Shown here in pieces: positions 7,183-17,401 of a stretch of DNA of 64,000 bases. The DNA lies in IMG/VR virus record IMGVR_UViG_3300030060_003348, positions 5,818-69,817 of that record; one strand, 5' to 3'. The DNA is from a virus. The stretch's first letter is position 1, and each line of letters begins with the position of its first letter. The translations under genes and the position numbers were made by a program. The notes beneath the pieces were generated by a model, which was not told the origin of the DNA, made no database searches, and saw only the letters and a list, made by a program, of their open reading frames with translations.

Positions 7183-10100
7183 TGGTGAGCATAACACTTA
7201 CCGTTTTTATTTTCAGTTCTATTTTTACATCTAGGTCCTTTACCTTTTCTTGTTCTAGCCGAGCACTGAACTTCTCTAGCTTCTCTCTCTTTTCTTTCTT
7301 TTTCTTTTTGTTTTTTCTCTTCTAATCTTTTAGCCTCTCTTTTCTTTTTTCTTTCTAGCTCTTTAACTTTTCTAATTCTTTCTGTAGAAGCTTGAACACC
7401 CTCGTTTTGAACACCTAAATCCCAAGTGTTCCACCCCATCATTAAAGCTATACGTTGCCAAGCCTCATTGTTTTGATTCATGGCTTGTTTGATATTATTG
7501 GTTTTATTAACTATTCTGTCTAAAGGAAAGTTTGTTATAGCAGAAACAGTGTTACCAATAGTTTGATACATAGGATTATCTATAGTTAACTTATCCATCT
7601 CGTACATTTCGTCTTTTTTAAACTTGTATGTTGTTAAACCAGAATATAATTTTCTTGACTTAGATCCAATAGGTGGTGATAAGTTTAATCCTTCAATTAA
7701 TACTCTAGCGTAATCAGCGTTACCTTTTCTTTTGTCTTCCTCTATAAACCTCATTATCATGTTTTTCAAAGTAGAAGCGATTGCTCCATAAACACCGGTA
7801 CCTCTAAGGAAACCATCTAACATGCTATTACCAACTCTCATAGTTGATGTTCTTTGTCTTTCTTCGTCTTCTTCATCATCAAACATGTATTTAAACATTG
7901 CTTGTTGTAAACTAGAGAAAATCATATTTTGAACAGCTCCGTAATATAAAATCTTAGATATGTTTTGTCTATCACTACCCCTTCTGTTTATTAAGTCTAA
8001 TGCTGCTTTTTTTGTTAACCTAGCATACTGCATTGGTGTGTTTTGAAAAGCTAATATAAATCTACCTAAAGCAGAGGCTTGTTGTTGTGATATTAAGTCT
8101 GGTCTTGATGACTGTTGAGTTTCTTCAGCTTTTTCTTGAAAATCTATAAAAGCTTGTTGTTCAGCCTCAGCTCTTGTCATTCCCTTTTTAATTAAAGCAT
8201 CAACTCTATTTCTATAAAAACTAGCGCCACCTAAAGATATTGCAAAACTATCTGCTATTTGTGTAGGTAAAAAACCTAATCTTAATAAGTGTTGTAATAT
8301 TGCTTTTGGATTACCCTTGTGTTTTCTAGCTACAGCCGCTAATTCGTTTTGGTTTATATCTGTTTTTAAACCAGCTCGTCTTTGTTTCAGCATGTCTGAG
8401 TTAAATAACATAGCAAAGTCTTTCCAAAACTGTGGTTGGTTAGCAAAAGCTTTGGCAGCTTTAAATATATTATTATCACCAAAGTTAATAAAGTTAACCG
8501 TAGATAAAGTCTGTAATACAGCTGATCTAGCATTAAAGAACATGATAGCACCAACAGAATTATTAATCCAATTAGCAAAAGAGTTTACTAGTCTGTTGGA
8601 ACCAAAGTTTCTATTACTACCATTTTCCATACGCCAAAGCATATCGGTTAAAGCTTCTCTAAATCTAACACCAAACAAAGCTTCAATCTTATTCATGTTT
8701 GGACCAACTAGTTTTTTACCTTGCCACTCTCCAAACACTTGTCTTCTGTTTTCTTTAAATGGCTCTAAAAATTCTTCTCTTCCTATTTTTTGAACCATAC
8801 TACTTAAGTCTGATCCTATAGTTTCTGTAACCCAAAACTCACCTGGCTTTGAATAACCGTTTTCTTGTTTAGAAATCATACTAAGATCGTTAGCGTAAGC
8901 TAAAGCATCTGGATGTTTTTTAATTGCTGCTATAACTCTGTTTTTATCTGTTTCAGATAAACCAGGTATTTCGTATCCAGCTCTGTCCCAAAGTAATATT
9001 CTAACACCTTGATCGTAAGTAAACTCAGTTCCAGGTAATGTTTTTGTTAATTTGTTGTGGAAAGGTTTATGTTTCTTTTTTACAGTTCTATAATCATTAG
9101 TAAGTGCTTGCTGGGCTTTATCAACTTGTCTTTGTGCTTTAGCAAATGGATCAATTAATGTTCTTTTAAAGAATGCTAAATGACCTTCACCTTGTTTTCC
9201 TTTTCCTAAAAAGTTATAAAGTAAACCTTTAAAATCTTCAGCTGATGGTGGTATAAAGATTCTAAACATACCTTTACCTTTACCTCTTTGTTTACCTTTA
9301 GCTTCTGAAAATACTTTTTCTTTACCAACACCAAAGACGTCTTCTAATATACCATTAAACTCAACGCTTGGATCAGCTTGACTTAATCTAACTTGTGCAG
9401 CTTTACCTTTAATATCTAATTGATCAATTACATTTTGAACAGCCTCAACATTTGGCAAAGCATCGTCAACAAAATACATATCATTATAACCCTCTGCAAA
9501 CTTACCTAACATCCACTGTGCTTTTGCTTCCCCAGTGCTGTTGCCTAAGCCAGTAATATTTTCTAAAGGCATTTCTATACCTTGTTGTTTTAACCAAGCT
9601 TGTATTGCTGGTGCAGCTTCAGCTGGTCTTGCCGTAAGTATATAGTTATTTTCTATACCATACTTTTTAATTCTGTTTCTAAACTTTTGCATTAACGGTC
9701 CTTCAACACCACCTTTCACATTTATAAAATCACTAAAGTCAAAATCGAAACCTTCAGCGGCGTATCTTGGCCCAAGTATAGGCCAATCAGCAGAACTTAT
9801 AGTTACGCTCTCGCCATCTTTTGTTGCTATTATTTTATTTTCACCACCATCAATTAACGTTTCATCAAAATCAAAAGCGCTCATACCTCTACTTTCTCCC
9901 TGAGAAGTTCTAACATTTTGCTTAGCTTTATCACTAATTTTTAAATCTAATCTTGTTGATTGTGCTAGGCTTTGTACCATCATAGATGTTTTAGCATCTA
10001 TTAAACCTGAAGCTTGTTCTCCAGATTTTAAATCAACATAATTTTTTACTTGATCATTTATGACATAATTCCTAGCATAACCTAACTGACTTGTTTTGCC

Positions 10101-13100
10101 TAACCTATTGTCTTGTGTATCAGAATCAATAATAGGACCTAAAGCTTGGTCGAAAGTGGCTAGCAATAAATCCATTTCATTATCATGCTCTAACAATATT
10201 TGATTTCTAGCATCTACATCATTTACGCCCCTTAGCTTACTAGCTAATTGTAATGTTTGTTCAAAAATTCTATTTTGAAGAGGAGCGCTTGGATCAATAT
10301 GCTCTCCTTTACTATTTAATAGTTCTCCAGTTTTTCTTAAATCACCATTAGATAATTCAAAAGCTCTTTCAAAGTCTGGGTGGTTTCTATTTACATTATC
10401 TGTTTTTGTTGTTGTTGGTTTTCCAGTTTTTGTTAAATAAGGAGCTTGTGAACCGTCAACAACTTTAACCATGCTTAAGTCTGTTAAAGCTCTAAAACCA
10501 TTAACATTGTTACCAGCCATTTGATATATTAAAGCTGCAGCTGTAGAAAAACTAGGATCTTCCTCTACTAAAGCGGCTAGCTCTTTAACTAAATACTTAA
10601 GCATTTTTTTATTAGCGTTGTTAGCAGCGTCAATTTTAGGTTGTAATGCTCTTATTTTAGCTCTTTTTTCTTCGGCTGGTATGTCAAGGTTTAAAACATC
10701 TTGAATTTCTTTCATTAACCCATACTTAGAGTTTAACAACTGAACATCTTTCATCCAACTAAGCTTAGGATCATTTTTTGCTTTTGCTATTTTATTATCA
10801 ATAGCTTGTCTTGTAGAGTAAAACTCACCAGGTTTTCCAGTTGATCTTTTTTCTTTAGCACCGTCTAATATTCTAGGGTTATTTAAACCAAAGAAAGTAT
10901 AACCACCTATAGCGTCTAAAGCTTGACCTGGTAGTCTTTTAACCATACCTAAAACACCTCTATTTAATTGTTGTCTATGGTCACCGTTTTTAAACGTAGA
11001 CGAAGCGTTTTCAATATAATCATTTTTATAAGCACTGTACTCGTCCCCCCAGTTTGAATTTTTAGTTAAGTATATATAACCTTTTGTTTTGCCAAACATA
11101 TTGTATAAACCTGTAGCCTTAAAAGCGTTTACTAAATGTGGGTCATAACCTTGTAGTAAATGATCTAACTCTTTATTTTCTTTTATACCACCTTGAGGAA
11201 CTTGCTGAACAATATCTTTTAACATGTTGTTTAAGTCTTCTTGTATAGCATCTCCTACTAAGTCGTTAGAAGGTGTTTCACCTTCGTAACTAAACTTAGC
11301 GTCACCTCTTTGCATTTGTCTACCTATTTCCTCAACGTAGTTTTCAGCTAAAATTCTATCAAATAAGTCTTGTCGTCCTTTAAATATTTCAGACATAGGT
11401 CCATCGTTGTTTAGATCATTTTTAAACGTCTCTAAACCATATTCTTGACCTATCATTAAAGCTAACTTATCTAAACCATTTCTACGCATATCAGTCATAG
11501 TTTCTCCTTTAGCAAACTCACTAAGCATTTCTGCGTTTGAAACTCTAGTGTCTGCGGCTGGGTGTCTTCTCATAACTTGAGGACCAGAGGTATTACCTCT
11601 ATAAGGACCAACGTCTGCAGCGTTCCATCTATCTATTTTTTTACCTTGCCAATCACTAGTCCAGTTAGGAGTAAACGTTGTTGTACCATCATCATTTTTA
11701 ACCCTAGTACCACCAACAGATTTTTGAACAGTTTTGGGTAGGTTTTTTGCTAACCAACTTGTCGGCGCTGATCTTAATATAGATAATCTATTTTTTGGAT
11801 TAGTTAAAAAAGCCTCAACTTCAGCTTTTGTTTTACCAATAGTGTTTAGTATAGCTTTATGTATAACACCATTTTTCTCACCAAATGCTTTTTTAAGTGC
11901 AGATATTAAAGGTGTTGTAAATTTGTTTTTAGAAATCTCTTGGTCTACAGCGGGTAGTTTAACACCAATGTCTATTAATATTTGATCTACTATATTTTGA
12001 TTATCTTGACTTGTAACGTCTAAATTTTCAGTCAAAGGTAATTCAGGGTTTGTTATAGATTCAGCTTCGTTACTAAAAGCGTCTTCAGCTGTAAGGTCAG
12101 ACTCAACGCCCTTAGCGTCTTCAATTTTAACAGCTATACCCATACCGCCCTTATCAGTTATAGATTGTATACCCAGCTCACTAGCAATATCTTTTGATCT
12201 TTCATTTAGTAAAAACGATACGTAACCATCTAGTTTCATACCATCTGTTTTGTACTCTTTACTTATTAATTCCCAAGCTTTTATTACAGCCGCTTCTTTA
12301 AACTCATTTCTAGTAACACCATTTCTAGCGTCTGGAACTATAGGATCATATAGTTTTTTAGTTATAGTTTCTACAATACCACCTATTTCGTTTGCTAACT
12401 CTGAGTCTAAAACTGTATCGGCTAGCTTGCCATCTGGAGCAAAAGTTAACATGTCTAAAGCCATAGCTTCTGCATCAGCTTTTGTTGGTACTCTCGGCAT
12501 ACCATCATTATCTACGGCTCTTTGTTCTAGTTTACCCTGTAAATCACTAGACGTTCTATATCCTTCTTTAGTTCTATCAGCATCTTGTTCAGCTGCTTTA
12601 AGTTTTCTTTGTTGTAGTAAACCAACTTCTCCTTTTTCAAAACCAGTTAAGTAACTACCCATCCAAGCTGCAGCGTCGTTTTTATTATTTATTTTAAAGT
12701 CACCACCTTTAATACCACGCATCCTGTTCATGAAACCAGTCTGATCTTGCTTCTTTATTTGGTTTAAATATTTTATATTTTTATTTTGACGAAGTTCGTC
12801 TTGTACAGACTTTGTATACTCATCTTTAGCTTCCGGTGTTTGATTTTCAAAAGGTAAATCAGGTATATATCTACTGTCGTCTGTAAACTTACTATTTCTA
12901 TCAATAACATCTTGGTGTATAGAAGGCATGTTTTCCGTTACGTATTCATTTAAGTAACCAGCATAACTTTCTCTTTCAGACTCACTCATAGCTGTATCAT
13001 CAATAAAGTGACCTATTTCATGAGATATAGCGGTACCAGCTAATAAATTACCTTGAGCAACAGCTTTTTGTGTAGCATTTATTTCTGTAGTGATGTATTT

Positions 13101-16100
13101 ATTACCTAGAATAGCTGCTTTTACTTTTCCTTGGTTTATACCTTGTATTATTTCATCAGCTTTCTCTTCTGTAATAAAACCATCATCTACAGCTTTGTAA
13201 ACTTTTTGTTTCAAATCATCAAGCCCATTAGCCTCATTTATTTCTAGACCTTTTAAACTCTGATCTTGTAGCATGCTAGCAGCACTAACCATACCTTGTT
13301 GAGCTAAAACTAAAGCCTCACCTTTTCTAGCATTAGCATATTGACCCACTCTATTGTATAAAGCGTCTTCAGCTTTTTTCAAGTCTGATGGAACTCTTTT
13401 TCTATTGTTTAAAAGCAACCATTCTGCTTTAGTTATACCATTACCTTCATTATCAGTGTAGATACTTCTCTCTACACTTTCCTTCATCTTTGTATCTTTC
13501 TTTAGTTTGTTTACTTCTTTAGTGTCTCTTTTTTCTTTTAACGCTTCGTTAACAGCTATAGCCTTGTCTTTAGCACTTAACTCTAAAAACTTAGGGTCTT
13601 TAGCAATTAGTTTTTCAGCCATAGCCACGCCTTCAGGTCCAAACAACTTGTGTACAACACCTTCTGATTTTACGCTACCATCATTGTTGTATTCTACAGT
13701 GTGAGCTGTTTTATCGTTTCCATAATCAAAACTACCTTTTTGTTTTGCTATAGAGTCTTTAGCTATTTTTAATTTAGTTTTAAAGTCTCTTTTTTCAGAC
13801 ATATCCAAACCAGAAACATGCTTGTCTATTTTTTGCTCTATCACGGCTTCAGAATCACCAGCCACAACACCAGCCTCAGCATACAAACCTTGAAGGTTTT
13901 TATTTGAAACTATAATTTCTTGAACTGCGTCTGGACCTAACATTAAAGCATCCATTTCAACCTCTTGATTAAGCTTAGCCATTTTTCTTATTTGCTCAAG
14001 CTTAGCATCTTGTAAAGCTTTTAAGTCTGCTTGGAATTTTTTTGAACCAGGATCTCCTTGTAAATTATTTATAGCATTATCTATTTTTGCAAGCTCTGGC
14101 TTTACTTCATTAAACCATGTGTTTCTAACATCTTTGTTTGCAACATGAGCTATTATATTACTATAAGCATTACCAGTAACAGCCATTGGTCCTGATGATA
14201 TTATAGTAGAGTAGAAAGTTTCTTTAGCTTCTGTTCCTAAATCTTCCCAAACATCATCTCCAAGTATAAAAGCATCTCCTAGTTTATCAAAACCTAAAGC
14301 CGCAAATTCCTCAACAAGTTCACTACCAACCATACCACCAGCTCCAGCCGTAAAGTTTAGTAATCTACCACCTATACCTCTAACCATTTGATCACCAGCG
14401 TTAGAAGTAAAAGCACCAGTCATCAACCCTTTAAACTTCATAGCATTTACAGCGGTACCAGCAACAAGCATAACACCAGCCTCAGTAACACCAGCTAAGT
14501 TAGATGCCCAGTTAATTTGCGAAGAAGTTAAACCACCCATACTTATGGTTTCGTTTAGTGCTATCGCTTGTTTCTTATATTCTTTATAACTTATATTTCC
14601 ATCTTTGTAATGCTTTTCCAACTCTTTCAAATCAAGCTTGGCTTTATCAGCCATTTCATTTCTTTTTTCTAAAGAAGATCTTTTACCACCAGCACTACTA
14701 AGACCATATAAACTAGCAGTTGTAGCTGTTGCACCAGATATTCCTAAGACAGCACCACCAGGAACCACAAAACTTGAAGCTGTAGCAATTATCATATTAC
14801 CAGCTTGTTGATTAAAAGTTCTCCAAGATGTAAAACCTACTTGATCAAACTCTCTAGCTTCGTCCATAGTTAGCTTTGTTTGAAAAGCAGACTTAGCGTC
14901 ATTAAAATTTTGAGATTGTTCTACAGCCCAGTCATTACCAAACGCAGCTGGTATGTTATAACCAAAACTTCTAAAACCATCAAAAAAGTCTTGCCATACT
15001 ATTTTACCACCATCAAACTCTTTGTTTACTAAAGCTTTTAACTTGTCGTTATCTTCTGTCTCGTCTAAATGTTTTTCTCTCCACTGATCAATTTTAGTTT
15101 GATACTCAACACCAGCGTTCTCAGCTGTAGATTTTAAAGTTCTACTTTGTTCTAATAAACCTTCTAATTTTTCTTGATAATACTTTTGTTTTTTAGGATC
15201 TGGATGTGTAACTACACAAGTTTGATTATCACCTTCTCCGTATATCTCAACACCACAGCCATCTTTTTTCATGTTTAAGCTAATGTTTTGTAGTCTTCTT
15301 TCTAATACGGCAGAATCATTATTAACTTGATCAACTAGTTTTAAATAACCAGCCTGTAATTGCTGACCTTCTCTTTCTATTGATTTACTTGTTTTATTAA
15401 CAATGTCTTTAGCACCTATTCTTACATCTATATTTTCATCATGACCTACAAAAACTTCATAAGCTAAATCACCTTTACGGTTCGCTATAGTATTTTTCTC
15501 ATCGTTTAACCTTTCAGATGACAATGCTTTTTGGCTATTAACATACTTTTCAAGCTCAGCGTACTCCTCCTCAGATATTTGACCCTTCATATCCTTTAAA
15601 ATATTGTCATATCTTTTTTGCTCCCAACCATCTACTGTTACTAAACCTTTTACCATTGGTGGTGCGCCTTCATAAGTTGCATATACGTTTGGCACCATTT
15701 TTTCCTCTTGTATAGGTTTTTCTAAATGAGCTTTAATTAACACTTTTGATTCTTGAGAAAACACAGGGTTGTTATCAAGATCAAACATTACATTTTTTCT
15801 AGCTCTACCACTAGTCCAATAACTTTTTGTTATTTCATCATCTGAAATGGTTGCTAAAGTATCATCAATTTTTGCTTGCCTAACATTTATACCTTCTACT
15901 CTTTTACTAGTGCTAAGATCATCTATTTTATCATATTCCTCTGGGCTTAAGTTATCATAAAACCACTTAGTCATTTGGTTAGCGTCTGTAAATACAACTT
16001 CACCATCAGGAGTGTTAACGGTGTATGACATGTGTAATAAGTCCCAATCGTCAAGATTTTGCTTAACAGAATATGGTAAACCAGCCTCTTTAAAAACCTG

Positions 16101-17393
16101 ATTAACACCATCAACACCTTCCTTGCTAAGTTTACTACTGTCCATCATTTGTCGTTCACCTAGTTGTGCGGCAAGTGAAAAGTTTATTTTATCACCTTGT
16201 TTGTTATAATCTTGTATAAAATTATCTAACACACCTTTTTGCTCTCTAAAACCTTTTTCGCTAAATGGCTGTAGATCAACAATGTAAGGCTCTGATCTCC
16301 ACGGTACGTTTATTTTTACAGCGTTTCCAGTTCCATACTCTTCAACATTAATACCTGGAAAGTTTGATTCTATACCCTCTCTAACTGTTGACTCGTTTTT
16401 ATTAACCCAAGTTGTCGTATTTCTATAATCAAAATCATCGTCTTTGCCTAAAGCAAGAACTTTTGTTTGTTCTTCATCTGTCAAGCTACTTGCCCACCAA
16501 GAGTTTTGCTCTTTCCCTTTTCTTATAATTTCACTTGCAGTTTTAACATCGCTAAAAGGTTGTGGTGCATACAAAAAGTTTTCAACTTCTTCATCGCTAG
16601 GTTTTACACCACTCTTTATTTTTTGTTCTGGGCTTAATATGTTTTGCATCCTATTAGTAAACTTCTCACCCATTGGCTCACCTCTTTGTTCTTTTTGAAC
16701 AACGCTAACACCACCTATAGGTTGTTTCCACCATTGACCATCTATAAATACAAATCTATTTTCGTTTTGTATGTAGGAACCATCTGGTTCAGCGGTTAAA
16801 CCCATGTCGTCTAAACTAGTAGGATTTTCTTTTTTTCTTTCTATTTCTTTCTTAGCGCTCAATGCTTTGTAGTAAGCCTCTCTATTAAAAGCATCTTTAC
16901 CAAAGTGACCAAATTCCTGACCTATACTTACATAAGCTGGGTTGGTTATTTTATCATCTTCTATTTTAGGATCAACTTCTATCCAGTTTTCAGAACCTTT
17001 CTTTTTAGTATAATATACAGGTTTATTATCATCTCCAACCCCAAACTTATATTCGTAACCCCCTTGCTCTATTACTTGGTCTGGCTGTATCTCTTGTGAT
17101 TCCGAAGAACCACTTTCCGATTTTGAATCCGTATCTCCGGATACTATTTGAGGCTCTCCAGTCGTATCGGTCGTCTGAGAGCCTCCTGTCTTTCCCTCTT
17201 GTAAATCAGCCCAAACCTGCTCTGGTGTTTTCCAAGTTCCATCAGCGTTTTTGTGCTCACTGTTAGGGTCTTTTTCTTTTTCCATTGTTGCCATTAAACT
17301 ATTGTAATGCGCAGCAACTTTTCCAATGTTTTCTTGTGGTTGTCCATCATCGGCCATTCTTTTAAGAATGTCACCAAGTATTTCTCTATTCAT
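7179..17393 (-). CDS. Giant multidomain internal virion/ejection (polyvalent) protein, 3404 aa
   Basis: Last gene of the ejection module; hydrophobic Gly/Ala helices, HEIGH zincin motif, sigma-region-2-like segment, HAD motifs, C-terminal C3H Zn knuckle. Confidence 0.75.
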   Translation of the reverse strand: MNREILGDILKRMADDGQPQENIGKVAAHYNSLMATMEKEKDPNSEHKNADGTWKTPEQVWADLQEGKTGGSQTTDTTGEPQIVSGDTDSKSESGSSESQEIQPDQVIEQGGYEYKFGVGDDNKPVYYTKKKGSENWIEVDPKIEDDKITNPAYVSIGQEFGHFGKDAFNREAYYKALSAKKEIERKKENPTSLDDMGLTAEPDGSYIQNENRFVFIDGQWWKQPIGGVSVVQKEQRGEPMGEKFTNRMQNILSPEQKIKSGVKPSDEEVENFLYAPQPFSDVKTASEIIRKGKEQNSWWASSLTDEEQTKVLALGKDDDFDYRNTTTWVNKNESTVREGIESNFPGINVEEYGTGNAVKINVPWRSEPYIVDLQPFSEKGFREQKGVLDNFIQDYNKQGDKINFSLAAQLGERQMMDSSKLSKEGVDGVNQVFKEAGLPYSVKQNLDDWDLLHMSYTVNTPDGEVVFTDANQMTKWFYDNLSPEEYDKIDDLSTSKRVEGINVRQAKIDDTLATISDDEITKSYWTSGRARKNVMFDLDNNPVFSQESKVLIKAHLEKPIQEEKMVPNVYATYEGAPPMVKGLVTVDGWEQKRYDNILKDMKGQISEEEYAELEKYVNSQKALSSERLNDEKNTIANRKGDLAYEVFVGHDENIDVRIGAKDIVNKTSKSIEREGQQLQAGYLKLVDQVNNDSAVLERRLQNISLNMKKDGCGVEIYGEGDNQTCVVTHPDPKKQKYYQEKLEGLLEQSRTLKSTAENAGVEYQTKIDQWREKHLDETEDNDKLKALVNKEFDGGKIVWQDFFDGFRSFGYNIPAAFGNDWAVEQSQNFNDAKSAFQTKLTMDEAREFDQVGFTSWRTFNQQAGNMIIATASSFVVPGGAVLGISGATATTASLYGLSSAGGKRSSLEKRNEMADKAKLDLKELEKHYKDGNISYKEYKKQAIALNETISMGGLTSSQINWASNLAGVTEAGVMLVAGTAVNAMKFKGLMTGAFTSNAGDQMVRGIGGRLLNFTAGAGGMVGSELVEEFAALGFDKLGDAFILGDDVWEDLGTEAKETFYSTIISSGPMAVTGNAYSNIIAHVANKDVRNTWFNEVKPELAKIDNAINNLQGDPGSKKFQADLKALQDAKLEQIRKMAKLNQEVEMDALMLGPDAVQEIIVSNKNLQGLYAEAGVVAGDSEAVIEQKIDKHVSGLDMSEKRDFKTKLKIAKDSIAKQKGSFDYGNDKTAHTVEYNNDGSVKSEGVVHKLFGPEGVAMAEKLIAKDPKFLELSAKDKAIAVNEALKEKRDTKEVNKLKKDTKMKESVERSIYTDNEGNGITKAEWLLLNNRKRVPSDLKKAEDALYNRVGQYANARKGEALVLAQQGMVSAASMLQDQSLKGLEINEANGLDDLKQKVYKAVDDGFITEEKADEIIQGINQGKVKAAILGNKYITTEINATQKAVAQGNLLAGTAISHEIGHFIDDTAMSESERESYAGYLNEYVTENMPSIHQDVIDRNSKFTDDSRYIPDLPFENQTPEAKDEYTKSVQDELRQNKNIKYLNQIKKQDQTGFMNRMRGIKGGDFKINNKNDAAAWMGSYLTGFEKGEVGLLQQRKLKAAEQDADRTKEGYRTSSDLQGKLEQRAVDNDGMPRVPTKADAEAMALDMLTFAPDGKLADTVLDSELANEIGGIVETITKKLYDPIVPDARNGVTRNEFKEAAVIKAWELISKEYKTDGMKLDGYVSFLLNERSKDIASELGIQSITDKGGMGIAVKIEDAKGVESDLTAEDAFSNEAESITNPELPLTENLDVTSQDNQNIVDQILIDIGVKLPAVDQEISKNKFTTPLISALKKAFGEKNGVIHKAILNTIGKTKAEVEAFLTNPKNRLSILRSAPTSWLAKNLPKTVQKSVGGTRVKNDDGTTTFTPNWTSDWQGKKIDRWNAADVGPYRGNTSGPQVMRRHPAADTRVSNAEMLSEFAKGETMTDMRRNGLDKLALMIGQEYGLETFKNDLNNDGPMSEIFKGRQDLFDRILAENYVEEIGRQMQRGDAKFSYEGETPSNDLVGDAIQEDLNNMLKDIVQQVPQGGIKENKELDHLLQGYDPHLVNAFKATGLYNMFGKTKGYIYLTKNSNWGDEYSAYKNDYIENASSTFKNGDHRQQLNRGVLGMVKRLPGQALDAIGGYTFFGLNNPRILDGAKEKRSTGKPGEFYSTRQAIDNKIAKAKNDPKLSWMKDVQLLNSKYGLMKEIQDVLNLDIPAEEKRAKIRALQPKIDAANNANKKMLKYLVKELAALVEEDPSFSTAAALIYQMAGNNVNGFRALTDLSMVKVVDGSQAPYLTKTGKPTTTKTDNVNRNHPDFERAFELSNGDLRKTGELLNSKGEHIDPSAPLQNRIFEQTLQLASKLRGVNDVDARNQILLEHDNEMDLLLATFDQALGPIIDSDTQDNRLGKTSQLGYARNYVINDQVKNYVDLKSGEQASGLIDAKTSMMVQSLAQSTRLDLKISDKAKQNVRTSQGESRGMSAFDFDETLIDGGENKIIATKDGESVTISSADWPILGPRYAAEGFDFDFSDFINVKGGVEGPLMQKFRNRIKKYGIENNYILTARPAEAAPAIQAWLKQQGIEMPLENITGLGNSTGEAKAQWMLGKFAEGYNDMYFVDDALPNVEAVQNVIDQLDIKGKAAQVRLSQADPSVEFNGILEDVFGVGKEKVFSEAKGKQRGKGKGMFRIFIPPSAEDFKGLLYNFLGKGKQGEGHLAFFKRTLIDPFAKAQRQVDKAQQALTNDYRTVKKKHKPFHNKLTKTLPGTEFTYDQGVRILLWDRAGYEIPGLSETDKNRVIAAIKKHPDALAYANDLSMISKQENGYSKPGEFWVTETIGSDLSSMVQKIGREEFLEPFKENRRQVFGEWQGKKLVGPNMNKIEALFGVRFREALTDMLWRMENGSNRNFGSNRLVNSFANWINNSVGAIMFFNARSAVLQTLSTVNFINFGDNNIFKAAKAFANQPQFWKDFAMLFNSDMLKQRRAGLKTDINQNELAAVARKHKGNPKAILQHLLRLGFLPTQIADSFAISLGGASFYRNRVDALIKKGMTRAEAEQQAFIDFQEKAEETQQSSRPDLISQQQASALGRFILAFQNTPMQYARLTKKAALDLINRRGSDRQNISKILYYGAVQNMIFSSLQQAMFKYMFDDEEDEERQRTSTMRVGNSMLDGFLRGTGVYGAIASTLKNMIMRFIEEDKRKGNADYARVLIEGLNLSPPIGSKSRKLYSGLTTYKFKKDEMYEMDKLTIDNPMYQTIGNTVSAITNFPLDRIVNKTNNIKQAMNQNNEAWQRIALMMGWNTWDLGVQNEGVQASTERIRKVKELERKKKREAKRLEEKKQKEKERKEREAREVQCSARTRKGKGPRCKNRTENKNGKCYAHQ

Positions 17394-17401
17394 ATTTTAT
17401 T

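Noticed and set aside
7179-17393. Giant protein as a crAss-type virion RNA polymerase
   Set aside because: No DxDxD catalytic motif in a polymerase context was seen; AFDFDETL belongs to a full HAD motif set. Not excluded without structure prediction.
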